Origin: a virus
Lineage: Duplodnaviria; Heunggongvirae; Uroviricota; Caudoviricetes
DNA length: 64,000 bases
Virus record (IMG/VR): IMGVR_UViG_3300042360_000330
Strand: one strand, 5' to 3'
Shown here: positions 10,795 through 20,609 of the stretch, piece after piece
Position numbering within the stretch: position 1 is the stretch's first letter
Layout of the letters: each line of letters begins with the position of its first letter
Position numbers and translations under genes: made by a program
The notes under the pieces: generated by a model
The model's input: the letters and a program-made list of their open reading frames with translations, nothing else
Told to the model about the DNA's origin: nothing
The model's database searches: none

Positions 10795-11680
10795 GAAATA
10801 TCGTAGTCAAACATTAGATACATACGTGGGGAATGAAGGCATTAAAGCCTTCATCTCCAAATGTATCACAAAAAACGATATACCTCATTTATTACTTTAT
10901 GGTAAAGCCGGAACCGGTAAAACTACTTTAGCTAAATTAATTACTAAAAACATCAAATGTGATGTAATGTATATTAACGCGTCTGATGAAAGAGGTATTG
11001 ATACTATTAGAGATAAAATTGTAGATTTTGCCTCTGTAAATAGTTTTAATCCAATTAAGGTTATTATACTAGATGAAGCAGATTATATAACGTCTCAAGC
11101 TCAAGCAGCTTTAAGAAATGTTATGGAAACATACTCAGCTAAAACTAGATTTATATTAACAGCAAACTATGCTGAACGTATAATTGAGCCATTAAAAAGT
11201 AGATGTCAAGCATTTCATATTGAACCACCTGCAAAGGGGGAAGTTGCAAAACATCTAGCCGGGATTTTAGATCAAGAAAATGTAACATATGAATTATCAA
11301 CATTAGCTAGTTTAGTAAAAGCATATTATCCTGACATTAGAAAAATAATAAATGCATCTCAACAATCTGTAGATGAAAATAATAATTTAAATCCTAATGC
11401 TTTAATTGCTGATGTAGAAAATACATTAAATAATGTTATTCAACATTTAAAATCATCAAATAAACAAAGTTGGGCTGATATACGTCAAACTGTAGTAAAC
11501 GACGATATAAACGATTTTATTCCTTTATTCACGGGACTATATGAAAGAGCATCTGAATTCAGTAACTCACCAGCAGATGTATCAATTCACGCTGCTCAGT
11601 ACATGTGGCAAAATAATTCAATTGCTGATCGTGAATTGAATTTTATGGCTTTTATTTCACAACTTTTAAAAATTAAATAA
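10769..11680 (+). CDS. clamp loader subunit (RFC small-subunit-like AAA+ ATPase)
   Basis: Start taken at ATG 10769 (MINNSLWVEKYRSQTLDTYVGNE = RFC box II-like), overlapping the GroEL 3' end. Walker A GKAGTGKTT, DEAD-like ILDEAD, SRC motif KSRCQAF. Confidence 0.85.
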   Translation: MINNSLWVEKYRSQTLDTYVGNEGIKAFISKCITKNDIPHLLLYGKAGTGKTTLAKLITKNIKCDVMYINASDERGIDTIRDKIVDFASVNSFNPIKVIILDEADYITSQAQAALRNVMETYSAKTRFILTANYAERIIEPLKSRCQAFHIEPPAKGEVAKHLAGILDQENVTYELSTLASLVKAYYPDIRKIINASQQSVDENNNLNPNALIADVENTLNNVIQHLKSSNKQSWADIRQTVVNDDINDFIPLFTGLYERASEFSNSPADVSIHAAQYMWQNNSIADRELNFMAFISQLLKIK

Positions 11681-11902
11681 ATGAACCAAAAAGAATTAAA
11701 CATGAATGTATCTTTACAAGATACTACACCTATTACTTGTGATGAATGTGGTCATGAAGTGTTTATAGAAGGCGTTATACTGCGTCAAGTATCAAAATTC
11801 CTAACAGGTACTGCACAAAATGCTTTAATGCCTATACCTGTATTTACTTGCGCTAAATGTGGACATGTAAATGAACATTTTATGCCTAAAGATAAAGAAT
11901 AA
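11681..11902 (+). CDS. zinc-ribbon protein
   Basis: 73 aa, two CxxC pairs (CDECGH...CAKCGH). Confidence 0.5.
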   Translation: MNQKELNMNVSLQDTTPITCDECGHEVFIEGVILRQVSKFLTGTAQNALMPIPVFTCAKCGHVNEHFMPKDKE

Positions 11903-12354
11903 TGACAGTTTGGGATTGGTTAAAACAAGTTACGTATGTAAGGGAACCTTGGGATAATTTTAGTGAAGAAGATAAAGAAAGTTTCAATGTCTATATGCTT
12001 CATAAGGTTATTTCAATGCATGAACCTTACATTGAATTAGCAAATTATTTACAAAAGTTCTGGTTATTAACTCCAAAACAAGTATATGAAGTATACTGTA
12101 GTTATTTACCTAAAACAGCTGTATATGCTAAATATATTAAATCAAATCAATCAAAACCGAATCAAGACTTAGTTAATATATTAGCTAATTATTATCAATT
12201 ATCTACAAGAGAGGTAAAATCCTATCTACATTTATTAGATGAAAATCAAATTAAAGATATTCTTAATAGTAGAGGAATAAATGAGGAAGAAATTCAAAAA
12301 TTACTAGGTTATGAAAAAAGCACCAAAAAATCTAAAACCTCTACTAGAGCATAA
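11902..12354 (+). CDS. hypothetical protein
   Basis: 150 aa ORF, start overlaps upstream stop (TAATG). Confidence 0.5.
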   Translation: MTVWDWLKQVTYVREPWDNFSEEDKESFNVYMLHKVISMHEPYIELANYLQKFWLLTPKQVYEVYCSYLPKTAVYAKYIKSNQSKPNQDLVNILANYYQLSTREVKSYLHLLDENQIKDILNSRGINEEEIQKLLGYEKSTKKSKTSTRA

Positions 12355-13252
12355 AGCTGAAGAAATTAATTGGGAAACAGATAAAATTGTATCTTATTCT
12401 CAATTTTCAACTTGGAAGCAATGCCCTCACAAATGGAAACTACAGAGTGTAGATAAATTAAAGCAATCTCCAAATATGCATTTAGTGTTTGGAAATGCTA
12501 TACATACTACAATTCAACATTATTTAAAAACAATGTTTGAACAAAGTGCTACAGCCGCTGATAGAGAAGACATGATTCAATTATTCGAAGCATCTCTTCG
12601 CTCAGAATATAAAAAAAGTGTAGAGCAAAATAACAATATTCATTTCTCCAATGCTGAAGAACTAAATGAGTTTTATGAAGATGGAGAAGCTATATTAGAT
12701 TATTTTAAAAAGAAAAGAGGTAAATATTTCTCTAAACGAAATACATATCTTGTAGGTGTTGAATTTCCCTTATCTTTATCTCCTCATGAAGACTATCCTA
12801 ATGTAAAGTTTAAAGGATTTATAGATTTAATATTCTATAATGAAAATACAGAAACATTACAGATTTATGATATCAAAACATCTACTAGAGGATGGAAAGA
12901 TAAAGAAAAAAAAGATGATACTAAAGTTTCTCAAATATTACTTTATAAAGAGTACTTTAGTCGTTTATTTAACTGGGATGTAGATAAAATAGAAGTTGAA
13001 TTCTTTATTGTAAAAAGAAAAATTTGGGAAGAAAGTGAATACATTATTCCTCGAATCCAAGAATTCATACCAGCATCAGGTAAAATAAAACGATCAAAAA
13101 GTATAAATGAATTTCGTTTATTTATAGAAGATTGTTTTAATAAAGAAGGAAAACCATTAGTTAAAGAATTTACAAAAATACCAAGTCCTTTATGTAATTG
13201 GTGTCAATTCAATGATGAACCTTCTTTATGTAATAAGATTAATCTTTCATAG
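12311..13252 (+). CDS. PD-(D/E)XK nuclease, Cas4/RecB-like exonuclease with Fe-S cysteine cluster
   Basis: 313 aa; N-terminal Cys (WKQCPHKW), GFIDLIFYN...QIYDIKTS (D...ExK core), C-terminal CNWCQF...SLCNK triad (1+3 Cys pattern of Cas4/AddB nucleases). Confidence 0.65.
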   Translation: MKKAPKNLKPLLEHKAEEINWETDKIVSYSQFSTWKQCPHKWKLQSVDKLKQSPNMHLVFGNAIHTTIQHYLKTMFEQSATAADREDMIQLFEASLRSEYKKSVEQNNNIHFSNAEELNEFYEDGEAILDYFKKKRGKYFSKRNTYLVGVEFPLSLSPHEDYPNVKFKGFIDLIFYNENTETLQIYDIKTSTRGWKDKEKKDDTKVSQILLYKEYFSRLFNWDVDKIEVEFFIVKRKIWEESEYIIPRIQEFIPASGKIKRSKSINEFRLFIEDCFNKEGKPLVKEFTKIPSPLCNWCQFNDEPSLCNKINLS

Positions 13253-13286
13253 GTTTACATATATTTATATCCAAATATATAATATT

Positions 13287-13490
13287 ATGGCAAGTAAAAA
13301 CGAAAAACTAACTTTAACAAGTGTAAAAGTACACGAAGATCTATTTGATGAATTCAAAGTAGCTAGTATCAAAAACAAATTTAATTTACAAAAATTAACA
13401 AACCGAGCAATGCATCTTTATTTAAATAATGATGAATTTCGCAAACAACTACATAATCACACTGAATTAGTGTTAAGCGGTAGTCTTTAA
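13287..13490 (+). CDS. small hypothetical protein
   Basis: Internal ATG (MASKNEKL...) of ORF 13212..13490, chosen because the upstream part overlaps the preceding gene. Confidence 0.4.
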   Translation: MASKNEKLTLTSVKVHEDLFDEFKVASIKNKFNLQKLTNRAMHLYLNNDEFRKQLHNHTELVLSGSL

Positions 13491-13507
13491 AAGTTTTAAC
13501 AAACGTT

Positions 13508-14950
13508 ATGAAAAAACATTACATCCCTCAGGAGCAACGAAAAAAAATCCTTATTCTATCTGATGACATCAGAACAACATCCGGGATTGCTACTATGACA
13601 AGAGAAATGGTTTTAGGAACATGTCACCATTTTAATTGGGTAAATTTAGGAGCAACAATTAAAAACCCAGATGAAGGTAAAAAAATCGACTTAAGTGGAG
13701 ATTCAAACAAATTTAACGGTATAACGGATGCTAGTGTTTTCCTTTACCCATCATCAGGATATGGTACTATTGAAAGAGTAAGAGAATTACTTAAAGTAGA
13801 AAAACCAGATGCAATAATGCTATTTACCGATCCTCGTTATTGGGAATGGTTATGGATACATGAAAGAGAAATTCGTTCTCAAGTTCCAATCTTATATCTT
13901 AATATTTGGGATTCATTACCTTATCCAATATATAATAGAGGATATTATGATTCATGTGACTTATTGATGGCAATTTCTAAACAAACTGAAAATATAAACA
14001 GAGTTGTATTAGGAGAAAAAGCTAAAAATAAAGTAATTACTTATGTTCCTCATGGTATAAATGAAGATGTTTTCTTCCCTATCGATGAAAAACATGAAAA
14101 ATGGGATGAACTACAACAATTTAAAAAACAATTATTTAATGGTAAAGAATATGAATTTACATTAATGTTTAACTCAAGAAACATTAGACGTAAATCATTC
14201 CCAGATACATTATTAGCTTGGAAAATGTTTGTAGATGGATTACCTGAAGATAAAAAAGATAAAGTAGCATTTATTGCTCATACTCAACCTGTAGATGAAA
14301 ATGGTACTGATTTAAATGCTGTTATTGAAATGATTTGGGGTAAAACACCACCAAACGTATTCATTACTGGTTTAAATAGATTCGTACCGGAACAAATGAA
14401 CTTATTATACAACTGCTCAGACGCAGGTATATTAATATCTTCAAATGAAGGATGGGGATTATCTTTAACAGAAGCAATGATGTGTGGTAAACCTATTATT
14501 GCTAATGTAACGGGAGGTATGCAAGACCAAATGAGATTCGAAGACGAAAATGGCGAGTGGATTCAGTTTACAGAAGAATTTGGTTCTAATCATTTTGGAA
14601 AATATAAAAAACATGGTGAATGGGCATTTCCTGTATTCCCTAGCAACATGAGTTTAATTGGTTCCGTACCAACACCTTATATATTTGATGATAGAGCAGA
14701 TTTTAGAGATGCTGCTGATCAAATTAAAGTACTCTATAATTTAGGGAAAGAAGAAAGAACAAATAAAGGAAAAGCGGCTAGAAAATGGGTAATGTCTGAT
14801 GAAGCTATGATGACTTCTAAAAATATGTCTATCAATGTTATAAACTCTATTAATAAAACTTTAGAAACATTTACACCAAGACAGTCTTACGACTTTATCC
14901 AAATCGATGAATTACCAGCAAAACAAAACAAACATATAATTTCGTTATGA
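13508..14950 (+). CDS. glycosyltransferase family 4
   Basis: 480 aa; GT-B C-terminal EX7E motif SSNEGWGLSLTEAMMCGKPIIA. Confidence 0.7.
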   Translation: MKKHYIPQEQRKKILILSDDIRTTSGIATMTREMVLGTCHHFNWVNLGATIKNPDEGKKIDLSGDSNKFNGITDASVFLYPSSGYGTIERVRELLKVEKPDAIMLFTDPRYWEWLWIHEREIRSQVPILYLNIWDSLPYPIYNRGYYDSCDLLMAISKQTENINRVVLGEKAKNKVITYVPHGINEDVFFPIDEKHEKWDELQQFKKQLFNGKEYEFTLMFNSRNIRRKSFPDTLLAWKMFVDGLPEDKKDKVAFIAHTQPVDENGTDLNAVIEMIWGKTPPNVFITGLNRFVPEQMNLLYNCSDAGILISSNEGWGLSLTEAMMCGKPIIANVTGGMQDQMRFEDENGEWIQFTEEFGSNHFGKYKKHGEWAFPVFPSNMSLIGSVPTPYIFDDRADFRDAADQIKVLYNLGKEERTNKGKAARKWVMSDEAMMTSKNMSINVINSINKTLETFTPRQSYDFIQIDELPAKQNKHIISL

Positions 14951-16248
14951 GTAAACCACTTTGCATAATTAGCAGTCCAGTAGACACTTTTAGTGGATAT
15001 GGAGCTAGATCACGTGATTTTATAAAATCTCTTATTAAAGCTAAAGGAGAAGAATGGGATATTAAATTACTATCTCAAAGATGGGGACAAACTCCATTTG
15101 GTGCTTTAAACCCAGACATCGAAGATGAAGCAGATTTAAAAAATCGCATCATAGGACAAATAACCATGCAACTTCCAGCAAGACCAGACGTATGGATTCA
15201 AATATCAGTACCAAATGAATTTCAACCTGTTGGAAGTAAATTTAATCTTGGAATAACAGCTGGTATTGAAACTACCATTTGTGATCCTTCATGGATAGAG
15301 GGTTTAAATAAAATGGATTTAAATTTAGTTTCATCTGAACATTCAAAACAAGTATTTCAATCTAGTAAATTTGAACAAAAAAATCAAGTAGGACAAGTTG
15401 TTAATATTATTGAATTAAAAAAACCTATAGAAATTCTATTTGAAGGAGCAGATTTAAATAAATACTTTAAAACAACTGAAAAAAATAATTTTAATGTTTG
15501 TAAAGATTTAGATTCTGTTAAAGAAAATTTTGCATTTTTATTTGTAGGCCATTGGTTACAAGGTGACTTTGGTGAAGATAGAAAAAATGTAGGTTATTTA
15601 ATCAAAGCATTTTTAGAAACTTTCAAAAATAAAAAAGTTCAACCTGCTTTAATTTTAAAAGTATCTCAAGGAGCTACCTCTATATTAGATAGAGATAGAA
15701 TTCTTAATAAAATAGATGATATTAGAAAAACTGTACATGGGGGTAAAAAAGCCAATATTTACGTAATACACGGCGATTTAACCGATGAAGAAATAAACGC
15801 CATATATAATCATCAAAAAGTAAAGGTAATGGTTAATTTAACAAAAGGAGAAGGATTTGGACGACCTTTACTAGAATTTAGTATAGTAGGAAAACCTATC
15901 ATTGCTTCTGGTTGGAGTGGTCATTTAGATTTCTTACCTTCAGAATTCGCAGGTTTAGTAGGAGGAACATTAAATAATGTTCACCAAAGTGCTCATGTTC
16001 AAAATACTATATTAATGGAAAGCCAATGGTTTAAACCAGATGATAATCAAGTAGGACATGCATTTACTGAAGTATTTGAAAAATATAAAGATTATCAAGA
16101 AAAAGCAAAACGTCTTGCTTTTAGAAATAAACAAAATTTCTCATTTGATAAGATGACTGAAAAATTAGGAGATTTATTAACACAATATGTTCCTGAATTT
16201 CCTAAGCACGTTGAAATTAAATTACCAAAATTAAAAAAGATAGAATAA
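14947..16248 (+). CDS. glycosyltransferase (GT4-like, GT-B fold)
   Basis: 433 aa; TKGEGFGRPLLEFSIVGKPIIAS motif; ATGA overlap with upstream gene. Confidence 0.6.
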   Translation: MSKPLCIISSPVDTFSGYGARSRDFIKSLIKAKGEEWDIKLLSQRWGQTPFGALNPDIEDEADLKNRIIGQITMQLPARPDVWIQISVPNEFQPVGSKFNLGITAGIETTICDPSWIEGLNKMDLNLVSSEHSKQVFQSSKFEQKNQVGQVVNIIELKKPIEILFEGADLNKYFKTTEKNNFNVCKDLDSVKENFAFLFVGHWLQGDFGEDRKNVGYLIKAFLETFKNKKVQPALILKVSQGATSILDRDRILNKIDDIRKTVHGGKKANIYVIHGDLTDEEINAIYNHQKVKVMVNLTKGEGFGRPLLEFSIVGKPIIASGWSGHLDFLPSEFAGLVGGTLNNVHQSAHVQNTILMESQWFKPDDNQVGHAFTEVFEKYKDYQEKAKRLAFRNKQNFSFDKMTEKLGDLLTQYVPEFPKHVEIKLPKLKKIE

Positions 16249-16249
16249 C

Positions 16250-16681
16250 ATGACTGATAATTTAGTAAAATGTCCTCATTGTGAAGCTGAAATGTGTTAT
16301 GAGTACCACAACCCACATTACATCCAATGGATGTGTTTTAATTGTGGGTATGGTAGCACATCACATATGGTTAAAGATAGTGACTTTGTAAAATCATCTA
16401 AAGAAGTATTACCTGAATTAATTAAAGATTTGGAGTTTACTGATGAAAACGACTTTGTATGGTACCCAAGTACTATTAATGTACCTGAAAAGGGTATATT
16501 GTTCCCTAATGGGAATAACAAAGATAATTGGATGTGGGCTGTAGCTCCATTAACTCTAATTAAAAAAGAAGAAAAAGCCCGTTTTCCTAAAAAACAAACT
16601 CATAAAGTAGATTTAAATAACATGCAATATTTTCCTAAAGAAGAATTTGCTAGAGCAGTTACTACCTTAAACGAGTTGTAA
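16250..16681 (+). CDS. zinc-ribbon domain protein
   Basis: 143 aa; CPHCEAEM...CFNCGYG N-terminal zinc ribbon. Confidence 0.5.
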   Translation: MTDNLVKCPHCEAEMCYEYHNPHYIQWMCFNCGYGSTSHMVKDSDFVKSSKEVLPELIKDLEFTDENDFVWYPSTINVPEKGILFPNGNNKDNWMWAVAPLTLIKKEEKARFPKKQTHKVDLNNMQYFPKEEFARAVTTLNEL

Positions 16682-16683
16682 AA

Positions 16684-17301
16684 ATGAAAATTAGTTATGC
16701 TATAACAGTTTGTAATGAATTGGAGGAAATTAAACGTTTAGTTTCTTTCCTCCTTTCAAACAAACGAAAAGAAGATGAGATAGTAATCTTATTTGATGAA
16801 AAAAATGGAACCGATGAAGTGTTCGATTACATAGAATCTCAAGTTTACGGTTGTGAAGTCTTTTGTGAAAAATTCGAAGGACACTTCGCAGACTGGAAAA
16901 ATCTACTTACATCACATTGTGAAGGAGATTATATCTTCCAAATCGATGCTGATGAAATCCCAAATTTAACCTTAACCGAACATCTCCCAGAAATACTTGA
17001 AATGAATCAAGGAGTAGATGTTTTATTAGTCCCTAGAGTAAATACTGTAGAAGGACTAACTCAAGAACATATACAAAAATGGGGATGGGTAGTAGATAAT
17101 CAAGGATGGGTTAATTACCCTGATTTTCAATGGAGAATCTATAAAAACACGCCAGACATTAAATGGATAAACAAAGTACATGAAAGGTTAATAGGATATA
17201 AAACTATATCAAATTTACCTCAAATGGAAGCTTGTTCTTTATATCATCCAAAGACAATTGAAAGACAAGAAAAACAAAACGATTATTATGAAACGTTATG
17301 A
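16684..17301 (+). CDS. glycosyltransferase family 2
   Basis: 205 aa; GT-A N-terminus SYAITVCNELEEI..., DxD-like QIDADEIP. Confidence 0.6.
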   Translation: MKISYAITVCNELEEIKRLVSFLLSNKRKEDEIVILFDEKNGTDEVFDYIESQVYGCEVFCEKFEGHFADWKNLLTSHCEGDYIFQIDADEIPNLTLTEHLPEILEMNQGVDVLLVPRVNTVEGLTQEHIQKWGWVVDNQGWVNYPDFQWRIYKNTPDIKWINKVHERLIGYKTISNLPQMEACSLYHPKTIERQEKQNDYYETL

Positions 17302-17900
17302 AAATAGTACAAATAGGTTCTAATGATGGAGATGATAGTGTTAGACAATTTATTATTGAAAATCAAAGTAATATTGATTTAGTTGTATTGGTTGAACCAA
17401 TTCCATTTATTTTAGATAAACTTAAAGAAAACTATAAAGATTTTAATAACGTTTTTATTGAAAATATAGCTATATCTGATAGTGAATCTAAAAAATTTAC
17501 ATTATATTATGAAGAAGAAAGTAATTATGAGCTTAGTTCTTTTAAAAAACAACATTTAATAGATTGTAAATGCATCCCCGAAAAAATTAAATCTATAGAT
17601 GTAGATTGTTTAACTATAAATCAACTTTTTGAAAAATACAGTATAGATACATTAGATTATCTTTATATAGACACAGAAGGTTTAGATGTTTATATTATAA
17701 ATTCTATCGATTTTAATAAATTTAAAATTAAAAACCTAATATTTGAAATAACTCACACCGATGGAATTAATACCGATGGTACTCCAAAAATAGGTACTAA
17801 CTACACAAAAATAACAGAATATTTAACTAAATTAAAATACAACCTATCCCAGATAGATGGGATAAGTATAAAAGCAACATTACATGAAAATAATTTATAG
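17298..17900 (+). CDS. FkbM-family methyltransferase
   Basis: 200 aa; QIGSNDGDD and YIDTEGLDVYII resemble FkbM family GANxGD / iDvEGxE motifs. Confidence 0.5.
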   Translation: MKIVQIGSNDGDDSVRQFIIENQSNIDLVVLVEPIPFILDKLKENYKDFNNVFIENIAISDSESKKFTLYYEEESNYELSSFKKQHLIDCKCIPEKIKSIDVDCLTINQLFEKYSIDTLDYLYIDTEGLDVYIINSIDFNKFKIKNLIFEITHTDGINTDGTPKIGTNYTKITEYLTKLKYNLSQIDGISIKATLHENNL

Positions 17901-18579
17901 AACATCGGATGCTGGGTATGTAAAAGTAAAACCTTCATATGTTAATAATGAAGCTTGTTTAAAAAATGCTGTTGATAAGTTTCCTTTATCTGAATGTGAC
18001 TGGATTGTCATAGCTGATAATGTATCTAAAGAAACAGATTTAATAATTCAAAAATATGTGCCTAAAGATAATATAAAATATGTTTCTGTGGGTCATGGTG
18101 CCGGTACTTTTAATTTAGCTTTAGATATAGCGTTAACTTATGATGATGATGAATGTGTTTATTTCCTAGAAAATGATTATCTTCATAGAGAAAATTCATA
18201 CAAAGCATTAAAAGAAGGTTTGAATTTGGGATCAGCTTTTGTATCTTTATACGATCATCCTGACAAATATATGGAACCTGATAAAGGATATAACCCATAT
18301 TGTGAAGGAGGTGCTGAAGATACAAGAGTGTATTTAACACATTCATGTCATTGGAAGATAACAAATTCAACTACTATGACGTTTGCTTCAAAAGTAAACA
18401 CATTAAGAAGAACAGAACAAATATTAAGAAAACATACATCAGAAATACACCCGTATGATTTTGCTATGTTTATAGAATTAAGAGAACAAAATGAACTATT
18501 AATAACACCAATACCAGGTTATTCAACACATGGAGAAACACTTTGGTTATGTCCATTAATAGATTGGAGTAAAGTATAA
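17884..18579 (+). CDS. hypothetical protein (possible GT-A glycosyltransferase)
   Basis: 231 aa ORF in the glycan cluster; no firm motif. Confidence 0.45.
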   Translation: MKIIYRTSDAGYVKVKPSYVNNEACLKNAVDKFPLSECDWIVIADNVSKETDLIIQKYVPKDNIKYVSVGHGAGTFNLALDIALTYDDDECVYFLENDYLHRENSYKALKEGLNLGSAFVSLYDHPDKYMEPDKGYNPYCEGGAEDTRVYLTHSCHWKITNSTTMTFASKVNTLRRTEQILRKHTSEIHPYDFAMFIELREQNELLITPIPGYSTHGETLWLCPLIDWSKV

Positions 18580-18589
18580 AATAAAATAT

Positions 18590-19876
18590 ATGATAAAATT
18601 AGAAGACATTCAACAATTAGTAGGTAATCATTTACCACCTTATTTACTTAATAGCAAACCATTTACACCTGGAGAAAGTACAGTATGGTACTCAGGTCCA
18701 TATTGGGATAATAGAGAAATTGAAGCAGCTTTAGACACATTTTTAAATGGAGCTTGGGTAACAACAGGAGCTAAAGTAAATAGATTTGAAGCTAAATTTG
18801 GCAAGAAATTCAAAGTTAAGCATTCTCATATGGTTAACTCAGGAAGTTCAGCTAATTTAGTAATGATTGCTGCTTTAAAAGCAAGATACAAATGGACTGA
18901 TCAAAGTGAAATTATAGTGTCCCCAGTAGGATTTGCTACAACAGTATCAGTAATTGCTCAAAACAAACTTGTCCCTTCATTTGTAGATATAGAATGGGAT
19001 ACTTTAAATTTTGACTTAGATAAATTAGAAGAAAAAATCAATAAAAACACTAAAGCAATATTTGTATCTCCAGTATTAGGAAATCCACCTGATTTTGATA
19101 AATTAGTAGCAATAGCTGAAAAACATAATTTATTATTAATTGGTGATAATTGTGATAGTTTAGGTTCTAAATGGGGTGAAAAATATTTGAATGAATATTA
19201 TGTAGCATTTTCAAACTCATTTTACCCATCACATCATATATCAACAGGTGAAGGAGGAATGGTGTGTACTAATGACCCTGAATTAAAAAAATTAATCATG
19301 AGTTTTTCATGGTGGGGTAGAGCTTGTTACTGTGTAGGTGCTGCTAATTTATTACAACAAGGTAGTTGTGGATGTAGATTTGGAAGACACTTAGAAGGAT
19401 ATGATAATGATATAGATCATAAGTATATATTTGATAATATGGGTTATAACCTTAAACCTTTGGATTTACAAGGAGCTATTGGTATGGTTCAATTAGACAA
19501 AATAGATGAAATTGACGCTAATAGAAAACGTTCCAAAGAACGTCTAGATAAAATATTCACAGAAAATATTCCAGGTTTACGTTCAATTCAAACTTTAGAC
19601 AAAGCAGAAACAAATTGGTTTGGTACACCTTTTATTTGTGAAGAACCAGGTTTAAAACATAGATTAGTACAATATCTAGAAGAAAACAAAATACAAACCA
19701 GAAATTACTTTGCAGGAAATATATTATTACACCCTGGATATAAACACTTAGGAAATTATCATAATTATCCTGAAGCTAATAAAGTATTAGATAAAGTATT
19801 CTTTATTGGAGCTGCTCCACATTATACTGAGGATATATTCGAATATGTTGAAGATGTAATAAAAAAATTCAAATAA
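18590..19876 (+). CDS. DegT/DnrJ/EryC1-family PLP/PMP enzyme, 3-dehydratase type (ColD/E1-like)
   Basis: 428 aa; VNSGSSANLVMIAAL and DNCDSLGS family motifs. Active-site Lys replaced by His (FYPSHHISTGEGGMV), as in GDP-4-keto-6-deoxymannose 3-dehydratase ColD and CDP-sugar E1. Cys cluster ACYC...SCGC. Confidence 0.7.
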   Translation: MIKLEDIQQLVGNHLPPYLLNSKPFTPGESTVWYSGPYWDNREIEAALDTFLNGAWVTTGAKVNRFEAKFGKKFKVKHSHMVNSGSSANLVMIAALKARYKWTDQSEIIVSPVGFATTVSVIAQNKLVPSFVDIEWDTLNFDLDKLEEKINKNTKAIFVSPVLGNPPDFDKLVAIAEKHNLLLIGDNCDSLGSKWGEKYLNEYYVAFSNSFYPSHHISTGEGGMVCTNDPELKKLIMSFSWWGRACYCVGAANLLQQGSCGCRFGRHLEGYDNDIDHKYIFDNMGYNLKPLDLQGAIGMVQLDKIDEIDANRKRSKERLDKIFTENIPGLRSIQTLDKAETNWFGTPFICEEPGLKHRLVQYLEENKIQTRNYFAGNILLHPGYKHLGNYHNYPEANKVLDKVFFIGAAPHYTEDIFEYVEDVIKKFK

Positions 19877-19877
19877 A

Positions 19878-20609
19878 ATGAGAATAGTTGTATTAGGAGA
19901 TGGATTATTAGGTTCTGAAATAGTAAAACAAACAGGATGGGATTATATATCTCGAAAGAAAGATAATTTTGATATAAATAGTTCTAAAGATTATTCTTCA
20001 TTTTTTATGCAAGATTATGATGGTGTTGCATTTTGGAAAAAATATGATATCATAATCAATTGTATAGCTAATACTGATACTTATTCTCCTAACAAAGAAG
20101 AAATATACAATACAAATTACAAATCAGTAGCATTACTTTCAGACTTTTGCAAAAAAGAACAAATTAAACTAGTACACATATCAACTGACTATGTCTATGC
20201 TGGTTCTGTATCTAATGCTACTGAGGAGGATTTGCCTGTTCCTTCAAATAATTGGTATAGTTACTACAAACTACTTGCTGATGAATATATATCTTTAACT
20301 AATCCTAACCATTTAATATGTCGATGTTTATTTAAAGAAAAACCATTTCAATTTGAATATGCTTGGACCGATCAAATAGGTAATTTTGATTACGTAGATG
20401 TAATAGCAGATTTAATAATTAAGTTGGTAAACGCAAAAGCTGTTGGTATATTTAACGTAGGAACAGAGTTAAAAACAATATTCCAATTAGCAGAACAAAC
20501 TAAAGGAGTTAAAGAATCACTTAAACCAGAACATGTACCTGGTGATGTTTCAACAAATACTTCTAAACTTTATAAATTTTTAAATGAAAACACTAGTAAC
20601 AATTCTTAA
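19878..20609 (+). CDS. NAD(P)-dependent sugar nucleotide reductase (RmlD-like)
   Basis: 243 aa; Rossmann GDGLLGS, HISTDYVY and YxxxK (NWYSYYKLLADE) matching the dTDP-4-dehydrorhamnose reductase pattern. Confidence 0.55.
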   Translation: MRIVVLGDGLLGSEIVKQTGWDYISRKKDNFDINSSKDYSSFFMQDYDGVAFWKKYDIIINCIANTDTYSPNKEEIYNTNYKSVALLSDFCKKEQIKLVHISTDYVYAGSVSNATEEDLPVPSNNWYSYYKLLADEYISLTNPNHLICRCLFKEKPFQFEYAWTDQIGNFDYVDVIADLIIKLVNAKAVGIFNVGTELKTIFQLAEQTKGVKESLKPEHVPGDVSTNTSKLYKFLNENTSNNS

